A stretch of DNA of 64,000 nucleotides from a virus. Lineage: Duplodnaviria > Caudoviricetes. The stretch covers positions 598 to 64,597 of the IMG/VR virus record IMGVR_UViG_3300022591_000005. One strand, written 5' to 3'. The notes under the pieces were generated by a model. The model was not told where the DNA came from and did not search any database. It saw only the letters and a list, made by a program, of their open reading frames with translations. Made by a program: the position numbers and the translations under genes. Shown here piece by piece: positions 57,357 through 64,000 of this stretch (position 1 is the stretch's first letter; each line of letters starts with the position of its first letter).

Positions 57357-57474
57357 TTATTGAAACGCACAAATGCGTAGGCCACGCAGATGTTGCGGAA
57401 ACAGCTTTGCCCTGTATAGAGCAAGGTTCGCAGGTTCAACTCCTGTAAGTGTATTTCAATAATGGTAAAGTTTC

Positions 57475-57551
57475 GCCCAGGTGATGGAATTGGTATACGT
57501 GTTGGTCTTAGAAGCCAAATTTTGTGGGTTCGAGTCCCACCCTGGGCACCA
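57475..57551 (+). tRNA. tRNA-Leu(TAG), short variable arm
   Basis: Loop CTTAGAA, CCA. Confidence 0.85.
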
Positions 57552-57555
57552 AATT

Positions 57556-57639
57556 GGAGTAGAAGCATCAATGGTGATGCAGTGGACTGTAAATCCGCCG
57601 CCTTTGGCACGCCTGGTTCGATCCCAGGATACTCCACCA
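57556..57639 (+). tRNA. tRNA-Tyr(GTA)
   Basis: Loop CTGTAAA, CCA. Confidence 0.85.
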
Positions 57640-57644
57640 AATTA

Positions 57645-57735
57645 TGGAAATGTGGCAGAGTCCGGTTTATTGCAGCAGTCTTGAAAACTGCCGAGTAGAA
57701 ATGCTCCGTGAGTTCAAATCTCACCGTTTCCGCCA
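57645..57735 (+). tRNA. tRNA-Ser(TGA)
   Basis: Loop CTTGAAA, long variable arm, CCA. Confidence 0.9.
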
Positions 57736-57966
57736 AATTAGGAAATAGTAAATCTCACCGTTTCCGACAATTATGCAGTTTGTGTATGGAGTAATATTCC
57801 TGTATGCGAATAAAAACAGCAATGTTCTGCGCCAATTTATGCTTGCTGAAGTTTAACTACACTGGAGCACATCGAGTAACCTTGAAGTCGACTATATGGG
57901 TAAAAGTTGCCAGGAAGATCCGGAGTTAAACAGTTTGGTTCGAATCCAACAGCGAGCTCCTTTTAT

Positions 57967-58042
57967 GCGGCATTAGCTCAATCGGGAGAGCACAGCACTG
58001 TCACTGCTGAGGTAAGGGGATCGAAACCCCTATGTCGCGCCA
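57967..58042 (+). tRNA. tRNA-Asp(GTC)
   Basis: Loop CTGTCAC, CCA. Confidence 0.88.
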
Positions 58043-58047
58043 ATCAT

Positions 58048-58117
58048 GCCCTGGACTGTGTTGCGAGTCGGATTTGAAGCCGAACGTAGACAGGTTCGAT
58101 TCCTGTTAGGGGCGCCA
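58048..58117 (+). pseudogene. Short, D-arm-deficient tRNA-like element
   Basis: T-arm acagg-TTCGATT-cctgt and GCCA end; reduced D-arm. Confidence 0.45.
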
Positions 58118-58168
58118 AATTAATGTAATCATTGTTGTGATGAGAGAAAAAAGAGAGTATAATTAACA

Positions 58169-58372
58169 ATGTATAAAGTAAACGATAAAATAAATGAAAC
58201 AGAATTTCCTAGCTTAGACTTAGCTATGGAATTTGCAAAAGGTTTAAACCGTTACGTTACTATAACAGGTGGTGGAATGGAGATTGTTGGTATCTTTGGT
58301 GCTGACAGTATTAAGGACGGTAAGTGCCCAGACGGTGTAGACTACACTTGGATGAAGCGCCGTAATCAATAA
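58169..58372 (+). CDS. Hypothetical phage protein
   Basis: EIVGIFGAD..G.CPDG..Y.W.KRR; TATAAT just upstream. Confidence 0.7.
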   Translation: MYKVNDKINETEFPSLDLAMEFAKGLNRYVTITGGGMEIVGIFGADSIKDGKCPDGVDYTWMKRRNQ

Positions 58373-58438
58373 TGCGACTGTGGTGAAATAGGTAGACACA
58401 AAAATGTCTTATTTGTTTGTGTTTAGTATAAATACAAT

Positions 58439-58879
58439 ATGAAAGAAATTACCGATTTTATCAAACTTCCTAGAGAAGACCGCAGGGCGCATTTGAACTT
58501 AGAAGAGCTATGTTGTGAGCGTGGAGGTAACTCCACTAATCATAAAGGTGTGTTAGCACAGTATTTGGATACAACTATTCCTAGCGGACGCATACTATTG
58601 TGCCATGCTTGTAATAATAGTAAGTGCAGTAACCCTAAACATTTGTATTGGGGCACTGACTACGATAATATTATTATAGACGGAACTAATTTTCAAACTC
58701 ATAAAAGTCCTTGGGACAGAAGGGTTGAAAAATACGGTTACGAAAAAGCATCTGCTATGAATAGCAGAGTAAGCAATACTAATGGTGCTGGCAACAAAGG
58801 TAAACCTAAGACAGAAGAACACAAAAGAAAGATTGCGGAAGCTATTAAAAGAAAGTATAATAGCAATGTAGAGAAATAA
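58439..58879 (+). CDS. HNH (His-Me finger) homing endonuclease with NUMOD3-like tail
   Basis: LCHACNNSKCSNPKHLYWGT..DN; TEEHKRKIAEA; TATAAATA late promoter. Confidence 0.85.
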   Translation: MKEITDFIKLPREDRRAHLNLEELCCERGGNSTNHKGVLAQYLDTTIPSGRILLCHACNNSKCSNPKHLYWGTDYDNIIIDGTNFQTHKSPWDRRVEKYGYEKASAMNSRVSNTNGAGNKGKPKTEEHKRKIAEAIKRKYNSNVEK

Positions 58880-58880
58880 T

Positions 58881-58965
58881 GCTCCGATGATGAAATAGGT
58901 AAACATAGCAGACTTAAAATCTGCCGCTTAACGGCTTCCCGGTTCGATTCCGGGTCGGAGCACCA
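58881..58965 (+). tRNA. tRNA-Leu(TAA)
   Basis: Loop CTTAAAA, long variable arm, CCA. Confidence 0.9.
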
Positions 58966-59021
58966 AGTATTTTGCGAACAGTTCGATTCTGGTCAGTCGC
59001 ACCAATTTAAGGAGAAGCTGT

Positions 59022-59165
59022 ATGTCAAGTAAAGAAACGTTAGACAAGGCATACGGCAATATGCCTAAAGAAGTTGGATATACTACAGAAATGTTTGAAT
59101 GGATGCCAACATTTCGTGGTATCAAGTACTACTGGTATAAACTAGTACGTAAGGTAACAAGATAA
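59022..59165 (+). CDS. Small hypothetical protein (not in ORF track)
   Basis: AAGGAG SD; MSSKETLDKAYG... Confidence 0.55.
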   Translation: MSSKETLDKAYGNMPKEVGYTTEMFEWMPTFRGIKYYWYKLVRKVTR

Positions 59166-59170
59166 TATTC

Positions 59171-59264
59171 GGAGAGTTGGGTGAGCGGCTGAAACCACCT
59201 TCCTGCTAAGAAGACATACGGGCCAAAACCTGTATCGAGGGTTCGAATCCCTCACTCTCCGCCA
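59171..59264 (+). tRNA. tRNA-Ser(GCT)
   Basis: Loop CTGCTAA, long variable arm, CCA. Confidence 0.9.
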
Positions 59265-59284
59265 AGATAACAAAAAGGAAAAAC

Positions 59285-59479
59285 ATGGCTAAAACTAACG
59301 CAAACTTTAAATTGAGCAAGACAGCAAAACGCATGGTAGCTTTAATGGGAGGTCCTGCAGAAGGTCGTAATCAATTTAAGCGTATGATGATTGATGCAGA
59401 ATACGCTGCTAGTATTGTTCCAAAGTCCACTAAGAAAGAACGTGGAAATAATTTTGCTGCACCAGCAGCAACTGAATAA
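59285..59479 (+). CDS. Hypothetical protein
   Basis: AAGGA SD; FKLSK..KRM motif. Confidence 0.65.
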   Translation: MAKTNANFKLSKTAKRMVALMGGPAEGRNQFKRMMIDAEYAASIVPKSTKKERGNNFAAPAATE

Positions 59480-59492
59480 GTAAGTATACTGT

Positions 59493-59569
59493 TCCCTGAT
59501 AGCTCAGTTGGTAGAAGCACTTGACTGTTAATCAAGGTGTCGCTGGTTCGAGCCCAGCTCGGGGAGCCA
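59493..59569 (+). tRNA. tRNA-Asn(GTT)
   Basis: Loop CTGTTAA, CCA. Confidence 0.9.
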
Positions 59570-59579
59570 AAGTTTACGT

Positions 59580-59655
59580 GGGGGTATAGCTCATCTGGTA
59601 GAGCAGGTGCTTTGCAAGCATCAGGTGGCGGGTTCGAGTCCTGTTGCCTCCACCA
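59580..59655 (+). tRNA. tRNA-Ala(TGC)
   Basis: G3:U70, loop TTTGCAA, CCA. Confidence 0.9.
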
Positions 59656-59671
59656 ATAGTTAGGAGAAATT

Positions 59672-59938
59672 ATGGTAGCAAGAAATGATATTACAGGTGA
59701 CACAATTCAAACAAAAGGTGTTACTGATTCTTATCGTAGCAACTATGATAACATTTTTAGGAAAGATAAAATGCAAGTTCGAGTTAAAGAAAACGCAGAA
59801 GAATTTGGCAAGTGCGGATGTGGTCGTAGCCCAACTGGTAAATGTATCGGTTGGCATGGGCTAACTGAAGATCAGTTTAAAGAAGCACAAGAAAAATATT
59901 TTACCAATCAGGAAGACACATCAGGTAATCCTGTGTAA
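59672..59938 (+). CDS. Small protein with CDGSH-like Fe-S motif
   Basis: CGCGRSPTGKCIGWH. Confidence 0.6.
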   Translation: MVARNDITGDTIQTKGVTDSYRSNYDNIFRKDKMQVRVKENAEEFGKCGCGRSPTGKCIGWHGLTEDQFKEAQEKYFTNQEDTSGNPV

Positions 59939-59953
59939 AATAAATAATTCATT

Positions 59954-60029
59954 GCCCGTTTAGCTCATTTGGTAGAGCAACGCACTTGTAATGCGTAGGT
60001 GGTCAGTTCGAATCCGACAACGGGCACCA
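59954..60029 (+). tRNA. tRNA-Thr(TGT)
   Basis: Loop CTTGTAA, CCA. Confidence 0.9.
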
Positions 60030-60034
60030 GGTTT

Positions 60035-60154
60035 TAGGATAGGTTCAGCAAACAACTAGCGGCTAATACCCGCATCGTATGACGGGCAGAGATAACTTCA
60101 CAGCCTATCAAAATGTTTTTGCTGTTTCATTAAAAAATGGCAGAAACTATCCTG
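60035..60154 (+). ncRNA. CAGCAA-module RNA E9
   Basis: taggatag..ttcagcaa...ctatcctg. Confidence 0.68.
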
Positions 60155-60465
60155 CTTATAACACCCGGTTTACACTTTTACGTTATTAAAGTGCGTTATT
60201 GCTAGAGACGAGAGTAGCACGGTGCATTGGATCTACCGCAAGGCTCACAGAGAGCGACTTGAGAAATCACAAAGGCAGGACGCTAACCTGTCTAAATAGA
60301 AAAAGACGTGGACGGGGTAACGACCCAGTCTTGGGCGCATGTGGTGTGTGTGGCAAGACATCTTTATCAAATACATTTAACCTAACCATAGGCTTAGGTA
60401 GTAAGGACGGGGCACCGGGTCATAGAAGAGCCAAAAGCCATAAGTGTGTTTGATAAAGATTTTAT

Positions 60466-60540
60466 GGACGGGTGGCAGAGCGTTTATGCACTGGATTGCA
60501 AACCCGGATTAGGTAGGTTAAACTCCTACCCCGTCCTCCA
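60466..60540 (+). tRNA. tRNA-Cys(GCA), atypical T-loop
   Basis: Loop TTGCAAA, U73-CCA. Confidence 0.78.
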
Positions 60541-60547
60541 AGTTTTT

Positions 60548-60621
60548 GCGGGGTTCGTATAGTGGTAATACCTTAGCCTTCCAAGCTAATGCTGAGAGTT
60601 CGATTCTCTTACCCCGCTCCA
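60548..60621 (+). tRNA. tRNA-Gly(TCC)
   Basis: Loop CTTCCAA, CCA. Confidence 0.9.
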
Positions 60622-60627
60622 CAGTTT

Positions 60628-60683
60628 TAGGTTCCATTCAGCAAATAAAAATTTTACTCATAGTGAAAAAAAGCGGAACCTGT
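60628..60683 (+). ncRNA. CAGCAA-module RNA E10 (CAU anticodon hairpin)
   Basis: taggttcc..cagcaa..tttta-CTCATAG-tgaaa..ggaacctg. Confidence 0.75.
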
Positions 60684-60691
60684 CGTATTTT

Positions 60692-60768
<77 letters not shown>

Positions 60769-60774
60769 ATTTAT

Positions 60775-60848
60775 AGCGGGTAGGGTGGTCACCACTCCAG
60801 TCTCATAAGCTCGGAGCATCGGCAGTTCGAATCTGTCACCCGCATCCA
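60775..60848 (+). tRNA. tRNA(CAT), initiator-like and atypical
   Basis: 1:72 mismatch, loop CTCATAA, short D-arm. Confidence 0.65.
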
Positions 60849-60852
60849 ACAT

Positions 60853-60928
60853 AGGACTTTAGCTCAGTTGGTAGAGCGTCTGCCTTACACGCAGAATGTC
60901 GTCAGTTCGAACCTGGCAAGTCCTACCA
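60853..60928 (+). tRNA. tRNA-Val(TAC)
   Basis: Loop CTTACAC, CCA. Confidence 0.9.
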
Positions 60929-61030
60929 TAACAACGAGAAAACATGTATCTCAGCGTTGAGTCCGTTAGTGGCAAGTAATACGCAACACTTCATGTTGGC
61001 ACTCCGGAATAGACGTGAGCATAGATTTAT

Positions 61031-61108
61031 GCACAGGTGGCAGAGTGGCCCAATGCAACGGATTGCAAATCCGTAAAGTCGTGAGTTCAAATCTCACCCT
61101 GTGCTCCA
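61031..61108 (+). tRNA. tRNA-Cys(GCA)
   Basis: Loop TTGCAAA, U73-CCA. Confidence 0.88.
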
Positions 61109-61169
61109 ATTTTGTTAGTTTTGCTAAAACTAGCTGGTGGAGTGGAAATCATATTTTCCCCAAAATAGG

Positions 61170-61198
61170 TTGACAATACCTACAAATAATTGTATAAT
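61170..61198 (+). promoter_or_regulatory. Sigma70 promoter of the E11-E12-TROVE-like unit
   Basis: TTGACA-17-TATAAT. Confidence 0.85.
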
Positions 61199-61224
61199 AA
61201 AGACATGTTAAGCAATTAGCATGT

Positions 61225-61436
61225 TAGGATGATTACAGCAACTTCAACTATACTATGAACTGCCATAATAATCGTCGAAAGACGTTAAAAGGCTAGTGCT
61301 TGTAGAATACAAGATAGTGTCCGTAGAAACGGAATAGTAGTCGGTATTGAATAATCCGAATAGACTGATGGAACTTGAACCGATGTACTGGGGATGGGGA
61401 TTAGTCGATAAACTCCTACCGTTCCGCTCATCCTGT
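61225..61436 (+). ncRNA. Long CAGCAA-module RNA E11 (~210 nt)
   Basis: taggatga..acagcaa...several hairpins...tcatcctg. Confidence 0.7.
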
Positions 61437-61439
61437 TAA

Positions 61440-61476
61440 TAGGTTATTAACAGCAAACATTTTTAATCGTAACCTG
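61440..61476 (+). promoter_or_regulatory. Minimal CAGCAA module E12 abutting the RBS (putative autoregulatory site)
   Basis: taggtta-ttaacagcaa...taacctg directly before AAGGA and ATG 61490. Confidence 0.7.
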
Positions 61477-61489
61477 AAAGGAAAGACAC

Positions 61490-62902
61490 ATGAACACTTT
61501 TGTTAATGCAGTAGTAAATCAAGAAGCCACTACCACAAATGGTATGAAGGCACGTAAGTCAACAGCTAAGTCTACAGTTGACTTGTTCTACGGAATCGGT
61601 GCAAGCCGTGGTAAGAACATTGTACCAGCGTTTACCGCTGCGTATGTAGAAGACAAGGATCTAGCATTGCGTATTGCCCTTTGGGCACGTGATGCGCGAG
61701 GTGGTGCGGGTGAACGTCAGTTGTTCCGCGACATTTTGAAGCACTTGGAAAAGACTGATAAAGCAGCAGCTTCTGCTCTTTTGAAGAAGATTCCAGAGTT
61801 GGGTCGTTGGGACGATATTTTCGTCTTTACTGACAAGGACTTGAAGGCACAAGCATACACAATGCTTGGTGATGCCCTTCGTGCTAGTAACGGACTAGCA
61901 GCAAAGTGGACTCCTCGTAAGGGTGAGGTCGCTCGCGAAATCCGTGAATTCTTTGGTATGACACCAAAGCAATATCGTAAGAGTCTTGTGGCTCTTACAA
62001 AGGTTGTTGAAACCCAAATGTGCTCAGGCGACTGGGATAACATTAACTTCAGTCACGTTCCTAGCGTTGCTAGTGCTCGTTACAAGAAGGCATTCAACCG
62101 TCACACTACAAAGTTCGCTGAGTACGTGCAAAAGTTGGTCGATAAGACTGACCCAACTGTTAAGGTTAACGCCGCAGCAGTTTACCCATATGACGTGTTG
62201 AAGGGTATCAACAGCTATAGCAACAACTATAGCAAGACTGAATTGGACCACATTGTGGCTCAATGGGCAGCTCTTCCAAACTTTGTTGGCGATGCTAACA
62301 TTCTACCTTTGGTAGACGTTAGTGGTTCCATGTGCTGCCCAGCAGGTGGATCAGGTACAACAACCTGTATGGATGTTGCAGTTTCACTAGGTTTGTACCT
62401 AGCTGAAAAGAACCAAGGTAAGTTCAAGGATACGTTCTTGACTTTCAGTTCAAACCCACAACTATTGCACCTTAAGGGTAACGTAGTTGAAAAGATGAAC
62501 CAAATGGTTAAGTCCGATTGGGGCATGGGTACTGACTTGCACAAGGCATTTGAAAAGATCCTTGATGTTGCAGTTAAAGGCGGAGTACCTCAAGCAGAAA
62601 TGCCAGAGATGCTTTTGATCTTGAGTGATATGCAATTTAACGGTTGCGTTACACACAATGACAGCGCCATGGAAATGATCGAACGCAAGTATGAGGCTGC
62701 AGGTTACACTCTGCCACAAGTTGTGTTCTGGAACTTGAACAGTAAGGATAATGTGCCTGTGAAAGCAGACAAGTCCGGCGCTGCTCTAGTATCTGGCTTC
62801 AGTCCAGCTATCATGAAGGCTTTGCTTTCCGCTGATATGAGTGAATTCACTCCTGAAGGGATCATGCGTAAGACTGTAATGGTCGATCGCTACAACTACT
62901 AA
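61490..62902 (+). CDS. TROVE/Ro60-like (DUF2828-type) protein with C-terminal vWA domain
   Basis: RDARGGAGER, GRWDD, AAKWTPR helical region; MIDAS DVSGS, GTD, SDMQF, FWNL, SGFS. Confidence 0.8.
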   Translation: MNTFVNAVVNQEATTTNGMKARKSTAKSTVDLFYGIGASRGKNIVPAFTAAYVEDKDLALRIALWARDARGGAGERQLFRDILKHLEKTDKAAASALLKKIPELGRWDDIFVFTDKDLKAQAYTMLGDALRASNGLAAKWTPRKGEVAREIREFFGMTPKQYRKSLVALTKVVETQMCSGDWDNINFSHVPSVASARYKKAFNRHTTKFAEYVQKLVDKTDPTVKVNAAAVYPYDVLKGINSYSNNYSKTELDHIVAQWAALPNFVGDANILPLVDVSGSMCCPAGGSGTTTCMDVAVSLGLYLAEKNQGKFKDTFLTFSSNPQLLHLKGNVVEKMNQMVKSDWGMGTDLHKAFEKILDVAVKGGVPQAEMPEMLLILSDMQFNGCVTHNDSAMEMIERKYEAAGYTLPQVVFWNLNSKDNVPVKADKSGAALVSGFSPAIMKALLSADMSEFTPEGIMRKTVMVDRYNY

Positions 62903-62931
62903 ACTGTTGTAGAAATACAACTATGTTTGTG

Positions 62932-62968
62932 AATCCTGTCTTCCGCAAGGTTGACAGGATTTTTTTTT
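62932..62968 (+). terminator. Terminator overlapping the next promoter
   Basis: aatcctgtc..gacaggatt + T-run; TTGACA..TATAAT overlaps. Confidence 0.75.
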
Positions 62969-63002
62969 GGCAGTATAATAGGAAAAAACAGTAAGGCAAC
63001 TA

Positions 63003-63269
63003 ATGATCAAACTATACTTAACTCAAAAAGAATGGGATCGATATCTAGCAGAGTTTAACTTTGCTAGTATTCGTAATCCTAAAATACGATTGGGTAGTTG
63101 GTTTGTCAGTGACTATCCAGACATTGCTGACGACTTACGTGAGCATAGTCACTTGGGTGGCAATCCTGGACATCATCCCAGCATGGATGAAATGCTTGCT
63201 CGCATGGAAAGTAATTTGGAAGCAAAGTTGTTTATACAGGAATTTGTAGAAATAAGGGAAGACGAATGA
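63003..63269 (+). CDS. Hypothetical protein
   Basis: ORF track. Confidence 0.6.
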   Translation: MIKLYLTQKEWDRYLAEFNFASIRNPKIRLGSWFVSDYPDIADDLREHSHLGGNPGHHPSMDEMLARMESNLEAKLFIQEFVEIREDE

Positions 63270-63640
63270 AAGTAATTATTGCCGGTAGTCGTGATTGCGA
63301 AGATTACAACTTATTACTTACAGCAATAGCTAATGCTGGATTTGATGTCACGGCAGTAGTTTCTGGAGGTGCTAAAGGTGCTGATTCATTAGGCGAACGT
63401 TTTGCAGAAGAATGTGCTCTGCCCGTTTTTAAGTTTCCTGCACATTGGGAACAATACGGGCGGGCAGCTGGCCCTATTCGTAACGAATTAATGGCAGAGT
63501 TTGGCGATGCACTTATTGCTCTCTGGGACGGAAAAAGCCGTGGTACAAAGAATATGATTGATCGTGCAACTGCGCATGGGCTTAAAATTCATGTTGAACT
63601 TTATGAGCCAAAAAAGGTTGCTCTAATTTGGAAAAGATGA
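63266..63640 (+). CDS. SLOG/YspA-like (DUF2493) protein
   Basis: IAGSR, SGGAKGAD, AGPIRN and WDGKSRGT motifs. Confidence 0.85.
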   Translation: MKVIIAGSRDCEDYNLLLTAIANAGFDVTAVVSGGAKGADSLGERFAEECALPVFKFPAHWEQYGRAAGPIRNELMAEFGDALIALWDGKSRGTKNMIDRATAHGLKIHVELYEPKKVALIWKR

Positions 63641-63712
63641 TATAATAAACACATAAATAAAAACATAGCAAAACGATAGACGTGGCGCTGACATTATTGA
63701 AAGGATTTTTCA

Positions 63713-64000
63713 ATGTCTAAAAAATACGATACCCTAGTCCTCATTGGACGCTTTCAACCCATTCACAATGCTCACTTAGAGATTATCAAACGTGCTACTG
63801 CACTTTGTGATCAGTTAGTGATTGTTACAGGTAGTGCTAATCAACCACGCACTTATAAAAACCCATTTACTTCTGAAGAACGCAAATATATGATCAAGAT
63901 CGCAACAGGCGGATTGAGTATGCGTATTGCTATCGAATCTAACCCAGATACCATTTACAACGATCAAGCATGGGCAGTTCGTGTGCAAGCTCTTGTAGCC
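63713..64000 (+). CDS. NMN adenylyltransferase (NadM/NadM-Nudix-like), 3'-truncated
   Basis: MSKKYDTLVLIGRFQPIHNAH..GSAN..KNPFT..ER..YNDQAW. Confidence 0.88.
   Translation, partial: MSKKYDTLVLIGRFQPIHNAHLEIIKRATALCDQLVIVTGSANQPRTYKNPFTSEERKYMIKIATGGLSMRIAIESNPDTIYNDQAWAVRVQALVA

Larger units (their letters stand above)
58374..59004 (+). mobile_element. Split tRNA-Leu-like gene interrupted by an HNH gene plus a replacement tRNA-Leu
   Basis: 5' half gcgactg.. at 58374; 3' half ..cagtcgc-ACCA at about 58970-59004. Confidence 0.7.

Noticed and set aside
57740-57769. Extra tRNA after Ser(TGA)
   Set aside because: Only a short duplication of the Ser tRNA ends (ggaaat..aaatctcaccgtttccg); a deletion remnant.

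Overview
A 64 kb AT-rich, densely coding segment of a large, probably jumbo, T4-like/myovirus phage. Sigma70 TTGACA/TATAAT and T4-like late TAAATA promoters are both present; DnaK, NrdAB and bS21 suggest a proteobacterial host (inference). In order: tail-fibre end, putative internal head proteins, nrdA-sod-nrdB-grx, PAAR, SleB-type hydrolase, bS21, dnaK/hsp20/clpS, heme oxygenase-halogenase-bilin reductase, a curli-like csgF/csgG/curlin/FecR/CHASE2-cyclase module, a permuted two-piece tmRNA, an amber (CUA) tRNA hidden inside a CDS, PlcP/Agt-like lipid genes and ADP-heptose genes. A ~13 kb island then holds ~39 tRNAs and RNA-repair genes, followed by a TROVE-like/vWA gene. Best candidate new system: about 12 dispersed small-RNA elements share a TAGGAT/TAGGTT..CAGCAA...ATCCTG/AACCTG module. 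Their cargo is a bare anticodon stem-loop, a circularly permuted tRNA or a tRNA-like body, and a minimal copy abuts the RBS of the TROVE-like gene. The island starts behind a leader-peptide attenuator whose peptide uses all 20 amino acids. Together these suggest a Ro/Y-RNA-like tRNA-decoy or tRNA-damage response. All calls were made by eye; no searches were run.
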